Source: Leucoraja ocellata
Taxonomy: Eukaryota
NCBI GenBank assembly: GCA_036785375.1
Contig: JAWMAR010000666.1
Span: 434,001-498,000 of the forward strand
Direction: 5' to 3'
DNA: 64,000 nucleotides
Shown here: in pieces, positions 51,552 to 63,723 of the stretch
Numbering within the stretch: position 1 is the first letter of the stretch
Layout: each line of letters begins with the position of its first letter
Made by a program: the position numbers and the translations under genes
Notes under the pieces: generated by a model
Told to the model about the DNA's origin: nothing
Database searches by the model: none
The model's input: the letters and a program-made list of their open reading frames with translations, nothing else

Positions 51552-52430
51552 TGGAGTCTGGTCCCAGCCGGGTACAGGTGGAGTCTGGACCCAGCCGGGT
51601 ACAGGTGGAGTCTGGTCCCAGCCGGGTACAGGTGGAGTCTGGTCCCAGCCGGGTACAGGTGGAGTCTGGTCCCAGCCGGGTACAGGTGGAGTCTGGTCCC
51701 AGCCGGGTACAGGTGGAGTCTGGTCCCAGCCGGGTTGAGTCTGGTCCCAGCCGGGTACAGGTGGAGTCTGGACCCAGCCGGGTACAGGTGGAGTCTGGTC
51801 CCAGCCGGGTACAGGTGGAGTCTGGTCCCAGCCGGGTACAGGTGGAGTCTGGTCCCAGGCGGGTTCAGGTGGAGTCTGGTCCCAGCCGGGTACAAGTGGA
51901 GTCTGGTCCCAGCCGGGTTCAGGTGGAGTCTGGTCCCAGCCGGGTACAGGTGGAGTCTGGTCCCAGCCGGGTTCAGGTGGAGTCTGGTCCCAGCCGGGTA
52001 CAAGTGGAGTCTGGTCCCAGCCGGGTACAGGTGGAGTCTGGTCCCAGCCGGGTACAGGTGGAGTCTGGTCCCAGCCGGGTACAGGTGGAGTCTGGTCCCA
52101 GCCGGGTACAGGTGGAGTCTGGTCCCAGCCGGGTACAAGTGGAGTCTGGTCCCAGCCGGGTACAGGTGGAGTCTGGTCCCAGCCGGGTTGAGTCTGGTCC
52201 CAGCCGGGTACAGGTGGAGTCTGGTCCCAGCCGGGTTGAGTCTGGTCCCAGCCGGGTACAGGTGGAGTCTGGTCCCAGCCGGTTTCAGGTGGAGTCTGGT
52301 CCCAGCCGGGTACAGGTGGAGTCTGGTCCCAGCCGGGTACAGGTGGAGTCTGGTCCCAGCCGGGTTCAGGTGGAGTCTGGTCCCAGCCGGGTACAGGTGG
52401 AGTCTGGTCCCAGCCGGGTTCAGGTGGAGT
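51552..52430. repeat. 27-bp minisatellite (~33 units, some 21-bp variants) derived from CR1 ORF1
   Basis: ggagtctggtcccagccgggtacaggt; the - strand reads YWGRRELFRRYRLHLNPAGT then (RLHLYPAGT)n. Confidence 0.93.
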
Positions 52431-52781
52431 CTATACCGTCGGAACAGTTCCCTCCTTCCCCAATACTGGGGCCTACGTCCCACAGATTCAAATCCACATC
52501 TTCCACATCAGTCTTTGATCCATGCGAACAACTCTCTAATCCTCTCAACTCTGTGCCAATTTGCTCTGGGCTCAAGTAGCAATCCAGAGATGATTACCTT
52601 CTTGGTTCTGCTGTACAATTTGGTATCTAGCTGATCAAATTCAAGATTGAACCCAGGTCCCTGGAGCTGTGAAGAGCTGCGTCACTGTGCCCCCCTCTCT
52701 TTGTTCCTTGCTCCCCGCTGTCATTATTTTATGTCCAATTTTATTTGCCGTGTAAATGTGAAATATTCCTGTTTTGTGCAG

Positions 52782-52808
52782 GATACGAGGATGTGGAACG
52801 AGATTGTG
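52782..52808 (+). CDS. BTN 27-nt micro-exon 2
   Basis: cctgttttgtgcag|GATACGAGGATGTGGAACGAGATTGTG|gtaagt; (G)YEDVERDC; phase 1-1. Confidence 0.75.
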
Positions 52809-52899
52809 GTAAGTACAGGCTGATGTACAATACAATAAAACTCTCTGGTGTGTGTGTTATGACAGCTAAAGCACAGATCATGAATGGTTCAATATAATG

Positions 52900-54060
52900 T
52901 AGAACTGTACAGCACAAGAACAGGCCATTCGGCCCACAATGTCTGTGCACAACATGGTGCGAAGACCAGCTCTTATCTGCCTGCACATGTTCCATATCCC
53001 TCCATTCCCTGTATATCCAGGTGTCCGTCTAAAATGCCACTATGGTATTTGCCTCCACCACTACATCCCAGGTACTCCCCACACTGTGAAAAACAACTTG
53101 CCTCACACACATCCTTTAACCTTTGCCCCTCTCACCTTAAAGTTATGTCCTCGAGTCTTTGATTATTTTCACCCTGGGAAAAAGGTTCTGACTGTCCACC
53201 TGTTCTATGTATGTCATAATTTTATACACTTCTGCCTCAACTACCTCTTCCGACAGCTCGTTCCATAATCCCATCCCCCTTTGTGTAAAAGAGTTCCCTC
53301 TCAGGTTCCTATTGAATCTCCCCCTTACATTAAACCTATAGTTGTTGATTCCCCTACTCTGGGGACGAGACTCTGTTCGTTTACCCGATCTATTCCTCTC
53401 ACAATACTACACACCTCTATACGATCACCCCTCATCCTCCTGCGCTATGAGGAATAAAGTCCTAGCCTGCTCAACCTCTCCCTATAGCTCAAGCCCTCGA
53501 GTCCTGGCAACATCCTCGTCAATCTTATCTGCACCCTTTACAGCTTGACAACGTATTTCCTCTAACATGGTGCCTAGAACTGAACACAACTATCCAAATG
53601 TGGCATCACCAACGTCTTATATATCCGCAGCGTGACCTCCCAACTTCTATACTCAATACTGTGACTGATGAAGGCCAATGTGCTGAAACACTTTATGACT
53701 ACACTATCTACCTGTGACGCCACTTTCAAGGAACTATGTAACTGAACTCCTACATTAAGTTTGTATTTAATAACATCAATCATTCCTCAGCCCATCTGCC
53801 CAACCGATCAAGATCCTGCTGCAATATTTGACGACCATCTTCACTATCCACAATACCACTCACGTTTGTGTCATCTACAAACTTGCTAATCATGCCATGT
53901 ACATTCTCACCCAGATCATTGATATAAGCACAGAACCGTGAGGCTCACCACTAGTCACAGGCCTCTAGTCCGGTAAACAACCTTCCCTCATCACCCTCTG
54001 CTTCCCTCCATGAAGCCAATGTTCTATCCAATTCACTATCTCTTCTTGGATCCAATGTGC
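52900..54060 (-). mobile_element. Decayed CR1 fragments
   Basis: HSSLKVASQVD...EYRSW...PHLDSCVQF remnants and 3' UTRs. Confidence 0.8.
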
Positions 54061-54206
54061 TTCAACCTCCCTCTGTTTCTACGCTTCTCACCCCACCTTC
54101 AATTCTTATCAGATCCATCATTCTCATCCCTTTGTCTTCAGCTCATCACCTCCAGCCTCACTTCCTGTCTCCACCGTTCTCTCCCACACCTGGTCGTTCT
54201 ACCAAT

Positions 54207-54662
54207 CACCCCCCCCCCTCACCTGAACCCACCTGTCTTGCTCCCCCCCCTCCCCTCACCTGAACCCACCTGTCTTGCTCCACCCCCTCCCCTCACCTGA
54301 ACCCACCTGTCTTGCTCCACCACCCCCCCCCTCACCTGAACCCACCTGTCTTGCTCCACCACCTCCCCTCACCTGAACCCACCTGTCTTGCTCCACCCCC
54401 CCCTCACCTGAACCCACCTGTCTTGTTCCACCACCTCCCCTCACCTGAACCCACCTGTCTTGCTCCACCCCCCCCCTCACCTGAACCCACCTGTCTTTTT
54501 CCACCCCCTCCCCTCACCTGAACCCACCTGTCTTGCTCCACCACCCCCTCACCTGAACCCACCTGTCTTGCTCCACCACCCCCTCACCTGAACCCACCTG
54601 TCTTTCTCCACCCCGTCCCCTCACCTGAACCCACGTGTCTTGCTCCACCCCCTCCCCTCACC
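54207..54662. repeat. ~36-39-bp C-rich minisatellite (~12 units)
   Basis: cccctcacctgaacccacctgtcttgctccacc units. Confidence 0.93.
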
Positions 54663-54833
54663 TCTACACAGATGCTGCTCTGCCCAATTTATACACACAC
54701 TGAGAGAGCATTCCTAGTTTTGCCCGGTAAATATGTGTATGTTTGTGTGTATGTACACACACTCACACTATTATACACCCACACACTCTCTCACACACAA
54801 GGTCACCGACAAACTCACTCACACTCCCATTCT

Positions 54834-54882
<49 letters not shown>

Positions 54883-54906
54883 GGACGCTATGTGTCTGTG
54901 TGAATG

Positions 54907-55667
54907 NNNNNNNNNNNNNNNNNNNNNNNNNNNNNNNNNNNNNNNNNNNNNNNNNNNNNNNNNNNNNNNNNNNNNNNNNNNNNNNNNNNNNNNNNNNNNN
55001 NNNNNNNNNNNNNNNNNNNNNNNNNNNNNNNNNNNNNNNNNNNNNNNNNNNNNNNNNNNNNNNNNNNNNNNNNNNNNNNNNNNNNNNNNNNNNNNNNNNN
55101 NNNNNNNNNNNNNNNNNNNNNNNNNNNNNNNNNNNNNNNNNNNNNNNNNNNNNNNNNNNNNNNNNNNNNNNNNNNNNNNNNNNNNNNCACACAGATGCNN
55201 NNNNNNNNNNNNNNNNNNNNNNNNNNNNNNNNNNNNNNNNNNNNNNNNNNNNNNNNNNNNNNNNNNNNNNNNNNNNNNNNNNNNNNNNNNNNNNNNNNNN
55301 NNNNNNNNNNNNNNNNNNNNNNNNNNNNNNNNNNNNNNNNNNNNNNNNNNNNNNNNNNNNNNNNNNNNNNNNNNNNNNNNNNNNNNNNNNNNNNNNNNNN
55401 NNNNNNNNNNNNNNNNNNNNNNNNNNNNNNNNNNNNNNNNNNNNNNNNNNNNNNNNNNNNNNNNNNNNNNNNNNNNNNNNNNNNNNNNNNNNNNNNNNNN
55501 NNNNNNNNNNNNNNNNNNNNNNNNNNNNNNNNNNNNNNNNNNNNNNNNNNNNNNNNNNNNNNNNNNNNNNNNNNNNNNNNNNNNNNNNNNNNNNNNNNNN
55601 NNNNNNNNNNNNNNNNNNNNNNNNNNNNNNNNNNNNNNNNNNNNNNNNNNNNNNNNNNNNNNNNNNN
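54907..55667. other. N gaps (54907-55187, 55199-55667) beside a (CA)n tract
   Basis: Runs of N; other gaps lie at 20607-20791 and 59108-59258. Confidence 0.99.
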
Positions 55668-56079
55668 CACACACATGTATATGTATATTACGAGTAAAGT
55701 ATTTTGCTGTACCCCTTCCCCTGTCTCTTTCTACGGAGGGGGCAGAGGGAAGCATGAGAATGAAGAAGTGTCCAGACCCTAGACGTGTTCTGTCATTTCC
55801 TTACACATGTGTTGCCTGACCCACGGACTTCCTCCAGCAGTTTGTTTTTATTTCTCACCGTTCACCCGCTTCCTGTCCACTTCCACCCCAATTAGGAAAC
55901 TCCATGAAACATGTTTTAGTCCATGGGATGTTGGTGGGTGGGAAAACGCCGGGATATCGTCCAGTTATCCGCCCGCCTGTGCCTGAGGCCGAGCGGCCTC
56001 TCCCCCGGTCCCGGGGCCGCGCTGCCCGAGTCTCCCCCCGACCCTCGGGGACTCTCTGATTCTCTGCTTCTCCCCCCAG

Positions 56080-56612
56080 TCTCCGTCACCCTGGATGTGG
56101 AAACAGCGAATCCGGAGCTCGAGGTGTCTGAGGATCGGAAGAGTGTGAGACGGACCGAGACCGTGAGGAGTCTCCCTGTCACCAGGAAGAGGTTTACATA
56201 CTGGTGGTGTGTGCTGGGATCGGAGGGATTCACATCGGGGAGACATTACTGGGAGGTGGAGGTGGCAGGGAGTCAGCGCTGGTGGCTGGGAGTCGCCACA
56301 GAGTCTGTGGAGAGGAAGAGATGTGTCCCACTGACCCCGGAGACTGGAGTCTGGAGCATCGAGCGGTGGTGTGACGGGTTTCAGGCATTCACCTCCCCTC
56401 GATCCTCTCTCCCCGCCCGTCCCATCCCCGGGAGGGTGGGAGTTTATCTCAGTTACGAGTCCGGGACAGTTTCATTTTACGACGCGGACACCAAGTCCCA
56501 TCTCCACACCTTCACTGGGAATAAATTCACGGAGAAACTTTATCCTTTCTTCAGGAATTGTGATTTAAACCATTGGCTGAGAATCTGCTCCAGTTCCGCT
56601 CCGGGTGTGTAA
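56080..56612 (+). CDS. B30.2 (PRY-SPRY) terminal exon
   Basis: ttctccccccag|TC phase 1; SVTLDVETANPELEVSEDRKSV, RF...CVLG, HYWEVEV, RVGVYLSYESG and LYPFF motifs; TAA at 56610-56612. Confidence 0.93.
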
Positions 56613-56758
56613 AAGGGTCGGGTCCCGGGACCGGCATCAGGAGTGGGGCTCAGGGGCTGTGGGGCAGAAACCCGGTGGACAACAGGTCGGCGCTGAACGA
56701 ACGGCTCCCATTTAATTCCCAAATTCTGCGTCGTGAAACAAACCCCAGTGAGCGCGGA

Positions 56759-56764
56759 AATAAA
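56759..56764 (+). terminator. Candidate polyadenylation signal
   Basis: AATAAA about 147 nt after the B30.2 stop codon. Confidence 0.5.
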
Positions 56765-56807
56765 ACCAGGGGGAATGTAAATGTGGCCTTGCCGAGGCAG
56801 CATGAAG

Positions 56808-57165
56808 TGTAGATGTGTACAAAATCATGAGAGGAATAGATCGGGTAGATGCACAGAGTATCTTGCCCAGAATAGGGGAATCGAGGACTAGAGGACATAG
56901 GTTCAAGGTGAAGGGGATAAGATATCTGAGGGGTAACTTTTTCACACAGAGGGTGGTGGGTGTATGGAACAAGCTGCCAGAGGAGGTAGTTGAGGCTGGG
57001 ACTATCCAATCGTTTATGCAATATTTAGACAGGTACATGGATAGGACAGATTTGGAGGGATATGGACCAAGCGCAGGCAAGTGGGACTAGTGTAGATGGG
57101 ACATGTTGGCCGGTGTGGGCAAGTTGGGCCGAAGGGACTGTTTCCATACTGTATCACTCTATGAC
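56808..57165 (+). mobile_element. CR1 3' fragment
   Basis: YKIMRGIDRVD...GNFFTQRVVGVWN. Confidence 0.88.
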
Positions 57166-57364
57166 TAAGAGTCAATGGAAGGGAAGGTTGGTTTGCACGA
57201 TGGTCTGGGCTGTGTGCACAGTTCTCAACTGTCACTCATCCCTCCTCTCCATAGATGCTGCCTGTCCCGCTGAGTTACTCCAGCATTCTGTGTCCTTCTT
57301 CAGTGTAAACCTGCATCTGCAGTTCCTTCCTACAGATAAAATGCTTTCTGCGGCGCATAGAGTA

Positions 57365-57673
57365 CTAGTGTGATAGTGTGGAAACAGGCCCTTCGGCCCA
57401 ACTAGCCCATAGAAGCCAACAATGTCCCATCTACACTAGTCACAGAGTGATACAGTGTGGAAACATGCCCTTCGGCCCTACTTGCCCATACTAGCCAACA
57501 TGCCCCATCTACACTAGTCACAGAGTGATACAGTGTGGAAACAGGCCCTTCGGCCCAACTTGCCCACACCAGCCAACATGTCCCATCTACACTAGTTACA
57601 GAGTGATACAGTGTGGAAACAGGCCCTTCGGCCCAACTTGCCCACACCAGCCAACATGTCCCATCTACACTAG
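57365..57673 (-). repeat. 78-bp tandem repeat (4 units) of a CR1 3' terminus
   Basis: Unit is the reverse complement of the CR1 tail seen at 57087-57160. Confidence 0.88.
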
Positions 57674-58221
57674 TCTCAACAAAGCTCTTGTGGCGACCCC
57701 TGGTGGTGAGCCACGCACTGTACATAACCTTCGGCTGTGGATAGACAATAGACAACAGGTGCAGGTCCAGGCCATTCGGCCCTTCATGTCCTGGTGACCA
57801 GAGGTGGTGGTCACGGGTGCCCCTGGGGTTATTTAAGATGGTAATCACACGCGCGCACACGGGTTGGTGGGTTGTTATATATTTTTATTTTTTATTACAC
57901 AAATACTTGTATTCAAAAACTACAAATAAAGATACAGTATTAACACAATCAACGGCTGCCTATGTTGACAGTTCATCAAATTAATATGATGCCAACTTGA
58001 TCAACAAACACTCGACCTCCCGCGGCGACCAGCATTCACGGCCGGTCTCCAGAGTCCCCATGGACACCTCGTGTGTGTTCCCTCTCCACACACTGATGGT
58101 AACAACAGTGAGGTGAAGCTGCATCCTCCACTCTGCAACTGTGCTCTCTGCCAGCTTCCATCCGTTGCTGTACCCTCAGCCACTGGTCCCCCTCCTAGAC
58201 ACACACACATACACATATATA

Positions 58222-59092
58222 GTCAAGTCAAGAGAGTTTATTGTCATGTCTCCCAGATAGGACAATGAAATTCTTGCTTGCTGTAGCACAACAGAATATA
58301 GTAAGAATAAATACAGAACAGTTCAGTGTGTCTATATAGCATAGACCATATATACACACATAAATAAACAGATAAAGTACAATAGGCTGTTATAGTTCAG
58401 AGTTTGTTTGAGTTTAGTTTAATAGCCTGATGGCAGTGGAGAGATGAGTGTGTGGCCAGGATGGTGTGGGTCCTTGATGATGCTGCCAGCCTTTTTGAGG
58501 CAGCAACTGCGATAGATCCCTTCGATGGTGGGGAGGTCAGAGCCGATGATGTACTGGGCAGTGGTCACAACTTTCTGCATTCTTTTCCGCTCCTGGACGT
58601 TGAAGTTGCCGAACCAAGCCACGATGCAACCGGTCAGCATGCTCTCTAATGTGCACCAGTAGAAGTTAGAGAGATTCCTCCTTGACAAACCGACTCTCCG
58701 TAATTAGAAGTAGAGGCGCTGATGTGCTTTCTTTACAATTGCATCAAAGTGCTGGGACCAGGAAAGATCTTCAGAAATATGCACGCCCAGGAAGTGCTTG
58801 ACTCTTTCCACCATATAAACGGGATTGTGGGTCCCTATCCTACCCCTTCCAAAGCCCACAATCAGTTCCTTGGTGTTGCTGGTGTTGAGAGCCAGGTTAT
58901 TGTGCTGGCACCATTTGGTGAATAGGTCGATCTCACTTCTATACTCTGACTCGTCCCCATCAGTGATTCGTCCCACAACAGTAGTGTCGTCGGCGAACTT
59001 GATGATGGAGTTCGCACTATGACTGTCTACACAGTCATGAGTATAGAGTGAGTACAGCAGGGGGCTGAGCACGCAGACTTGAGGTGCTCCCG
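58222..59092 (-). mobile_element. Rex1/Babar-type LINE 3' fragment
   Basis: TGAPQVCVLSPLLYSLYTHDC, IIKFADDTTVVG, KKAHQRLYF and HPGHTL motifs. Confidence 0.8.
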
Positions 59093-59344
59093 TGTGTGTA
59101 TACACACNNNNNNNNNNNNNNNNNNNNNNNNNNNNNNNNNNNNNNNNNNNNNNNNNNNNNNNNNNNNNNNNNNNNNNNNNNNNNNNNNNNNNNNNNNNNN
59201 NNNNNNNNNNNNNNNNNNNNNNNNNNNNNNNNNNNNNNNNNNNNNNNNNNNNNNNNNNGAAACACAAGTAAATATATATGTATACGCACACACACAATCG
59301 CACAAACACATATTTAAACTAATGTGGCAGGGGGATGGATACAA

Positions 59345-62300
59345 GTGGAGGGGCAGGTAGTGTAGAGAAAGTAGATACTCTGCAGAAGAACCTGGACAGG
59401 TTGGGAGAGTGGGCAGATAAGTGGCAGATGCAATGTGGTGCAGCAAAGTGTGGAGTCATGCATTTTGGTAGCAGGAATAAAGACGCAGACTATTTTCTAA
59501 ATGGGGAGAGAATCCAGAAATGGGAGGTGCAAAGCAAGTTGGGAGCTGGTGCAGGATTCCCTCAAAGTTACTCTGCAAGTCAAATCGATAGTGAAGAAAG
59601 CAAACGCAATGCTAACATTTATCTCAAGAGGGCTAGAATACAACATTAGGGATGTGATGTTGAGGATCTATAAGGCACTGGACAGGCTGCATTTAGAGCA
59701 ATTCTGGGCACCATATCTGAGAGAGGACGTGCTGGATCTGGAGAGGGTCCAGAGGAGAATTACAAGAATGATCCCAGGAATGAGTGGGTTAACCTATGAT
59801 GAGCGTTTGTCGGCACTGGGCCTGTACACGCTGGAGTTTAGAAGAATGAGGGGGGGACCTCATTGAAACGTACAGAATAGTGAAAGGCCTGGATAGAGTG
59901 GATGTGGAGAGGATGTTTCCACTAGTGGGAGAATCTAGGATAGACACAAAAAGCTGAAGTAATTCAGTGGACAGGCTGCATCTCTGGAGAAAAGGAATGG
60001 GTTCATTCTCTCCAGAGATGCTGCCTGTCCCGCTGAGTAACTCCAGCTTTTTGTGTCTATCCGTGGTCTGACGGATCTGTTCCTGTACTGTTCCATGTTG
60101 TATGTTTTGTTCTGTGTGTGGTCACTCTGCCTGGATTCACCACGTTCTCTGATAACATGATTCAGATTACAAAACCATTCTCTGTGTTAAAACATCACTG
60201 CTCAGATCTCTGCAAACCTCGCCCTCTCACCTCATCACCTCTTACTTGTGATACCTACGCAGGAAATAAGGTGTTGACCTATCCTATCATTGCTTCTCAT
60301 AATCAGACAGTTTGGGCCGAATGGCCCGTTCCTCTGCTGTCTCAGAAATATCTTACCTTCCATAGAGAGAAACAGCTGCAGTTCTGAAAAAACAAGAAGC
60401 AGGAACATGACAGTGAGTGAGGCCGGCAGCAGGTTCCACGTTGTACATAAACAGGGTACAATTCACACGGTGCCCTCTGGATTGAGATACTGAGCTGGGA
60501 GGGGGGGCACAAGGACCCCACATTCACCAGAGCCAGAGGAGACGGCGATGAAGATAAACTTTACCTGCAACTGTCCACAAGGACCCTGCACACCGAGACT
60601 TCCTCCAATAACCTTCCCCATGTGCCGAGGCTTGCTTCCTCCACCCTTTAGGCAGTGAATCCCACAGCCTTCACATGGGTTGTGTGAAAGGGATTTCCCT
60701 ACTTCCTTTCTGCACCATCTGCTGTGGCTCATTGAGGTTTTCTCCTCTCGCCTCAGTCTCAATTTTGAGGTTCAACAACTCGAGTCGTAACTCCAGCTGT
60801 CCCTGTGGTGCAGAGCTGAGGAAACCACCAGAGGAGCCTTCAGTTGGCCCAGTCGTAAACCTGTGGGTTTTGTCACACCGATGTGGAATACACAACAGTG
60901 CCATTTGGACTCTCACGCTAATGTTTATACTTGATCAGCCTTTTCTCAAACAACAAGACCTGGTCGTTGCTCGGAGAGACCTTGTCTCTACTGACTTCAT
61001 GACCGGCCATTGTACAAAGACACCTCCATGATTCAAGATAGACACAGAATGCTGGAGTAAATGCGGGACCGGCAGCATCTCTGGAGAGAAGGAATGGGTG
61101 ACGTTTCGGGTCATAGAAATATAACAATTTAGGTGCAGGAAGAGGATATTCGGCCCTTTGAGCCAGCACTGCCATTCAATATGATCATGGCTGATCATCT
61201 AACATCTGTACACAGTTCCAGCTTTTTCCACATATCCCTTAACTCCTTTAGCCCTAATAGCTAAATCCGACCGTCTTGAAAATATCCAATGAATTGGCCT
61301 CCACTGCCTTCTGTGGGAGAGAATTACACAGATTCACAACTCTCCGGGTAAATTATTTTCCTCATTTCCGTTCCAATAGCCCACCCCTTATTCTTAAACT
61401 GTGACGCCTGGTTCTGGACACCCCCAACATCGAGAAAAAAATTCCTGCATCTAGCCTGTCCAATCTTTTAAGAATGTTATATGTTTCGATAAGATCACCT
61501 CCCATCCTACTAAATTCCAATGAATACAAGCCCATCATTTATTCATGTGTGTATATATTTATATTATGGTATATGGACACATTGATCTGTTTTGTAGTAA
61601 ATGCCTACTATGTTCTGTTGTGCTGAAGCAAAGCAAGACTTTCATTGTCCTATCAGGGACACATGACAATAAACTCACTTGAACTTGAACAGTCAACCCA
61701 TTCTGTCATCATACATCAGTCCCGCCATCCCGGGAATTAATCTGGTGAACCTACGCTGCACTCTCACAATAGGAATAATGTCCTTCCTCAAATTTGGAGA
61801 CCAAAACTGCACACAATACTCCAGGTGTGGTCTCACCAGGGCCCTGTACAACAACAGTAGGATCTCCTTGTTCCTAAACTCAAATCCTCTTGCAATGAAG
61901 GGCAACATGCAATTAATTTTCTTCACTGCCTGTTGTGCCTGCATGCTTACTTTCAGTGACTGATGTACAAACACATCCAGGTCTCGTTGCACCTCCCCTT
62001 TTTTATAATCTGACATGATACTGACAATAATCTGCCTTCCTCTTATTGCCACCAAAGTGAATAACCTCACATTTATCCACATTGTACTGCATCTGCCATG
62101 CGTCTGCCCACTCACTCAACCTATCCAAGTCACCCTGCACCCTTATATCATCCTCATCGCAGCTCGCACTGCCACCCAGCTTTGTGTCGTCTGTAAACTT
62201 GAAGATGTCACATTTAATTCCCTCGTCTAAATCATTTATATACATTGTAAATAACTGGGGTCCCAGCACCGAGCCTTGCGGCACCCCATTAGCCAGTGCC

Positions 62301-63723
62301 TGCCATTCTGAAAAGAACCCATTAATTCCTACTCTATACTTCTTGTCTGCCAACCAGTTCTCTATCCATGTCAATACCCTACCCCCAATACCATGTGCTC
62401 TAATTTTGCACTGATCTCTTGTGTTGGATCTTGTCAAAAGCTTTGTGAAAGTCCAGATACACCAGATCTACTGGCTCTCCCTTATCCATTCTACTTGTTA
62501 CATCCTCAAAAAATACCAGAAGATTAGTCAAGCATGATTTCCCCTTCATAAATCCATGCTGACTTTGACTGATCCAGTCACTGCTTTCCAAAAGGGTTGC
62601 TATAACATCTTTAACAATCGACTCCAGCATCTTCCCCACTACCGATGTAAGGCTAACTGGGCTATAATTCCCCATTTTCCCTCTCCCTCCTTTCTTAAAA
62701 AGTGGCTCCCCTCCAGTCCACCGGAACTGATCCAGATTTGAGCGAACATTGGAGACCCTTCTTCCAACTGCGAGTCAGGGGAGAAGGAAATGAGAGATAA
62801 GGAAGGGTGAGGTGTGAAAACGAGAGATAAAATGAGATGCAGTTCAAGGAAAATGTAGAATAGACAATAGACAATGACAATAGGTGCAGGAGTAGGCCAT
62901 TTGGCCCTTCGAGCCTGCACTGCCATTCAATATGATCATAGCTGATCATCCCCAATCATTACCCCGTTCCTGCATTCTCCCCATATCCCCCGACTCCGCT
63001 ATCTTGAAGATGCCTAAATAACTCTCTCTTGAAAGTATCCAGAGAACTGGCCTCCACTGCCCTCTGAGGCAGAGAATTCCACAGACTCACCACTCTCTGT
63101 GAGAAAAAGTGTTTCATCGGCTCCATTCTAAATGGCCGACACCTTATTCTTAAACTGTAGCCCTTGGTTCTGCACTCCCCCAACATCGGGAACATGTTTC
63201 CTGCCTCTAGCGTGTTCAAATCCTTAACAATCTATTATGTTTCAATGAGATACCCTCTCATCCTTCTAAACTCCAGAGTGTACAAGCCCAGCTGTTCCAT
63301 TCTCTCAGCATATGACAGTCCCGCCATCCTGGGAATTAACCTGGTGAACCTACGCTGCACTACCTCAATGGCAAGATTGTCCTTCCTCAAATTAAGGGAC
63401 CAAAACTGCACACAATACGCCAAGTGTGGTCTCACTAGGGCCTTGTACAACTGCAGAAAGACCTCTTTGCTCCTATATTCGACTCCTCTTGTTATATAGG
63501 CCAACATGTCATTGGCTTTCTTCACTGCCTGCTGTACCTGCATGCTTACTTTCAGGGACTGATGAACAAGGACCCACAGACCCTGTTGTACTTCCCCTTT
63601 TCCCAACTTGACACCATTCAGATAATAATCTGCCTTCCTGTTTTTGCTACCAAAGTGGATAACCTCACATTTATCCACATTAAACTGCATCTGCCATGCA
63701 TCTGCCCCCTCCCCCAACCTGTC
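59345..63723 (-). repeat. Segmental duplication copy C, inverted part (reverse complement of ~44880-49257)
   Basis: Mirror-image ORF set; switches at ~63721 to a direct match with 50329-50610. Confidence 0.92.
60357..60383 (-). pseudogene. Inverted copy of BTN micro-exon 1
   Basis: Exact reverse complement of 48216-48242 with its splice sites. Confidence 0.7.

Noticed and set aside
51503-52634. Long ORFs of 299-357 aa on both strands
   Set aside because: Produced by a stop-free 27-bp tandem repeat; no gene structure.
54672-55819. ORFs over 250 aa
   Set aside because: Artefacts of N gaps and (CA)n.
55896-55937. Possible extra 42-nt exon before B30.2
   Set aside because: Phase-compatible, but the donor (gtggga) is weak and the peptide is unrecognisable; not needed for the model.
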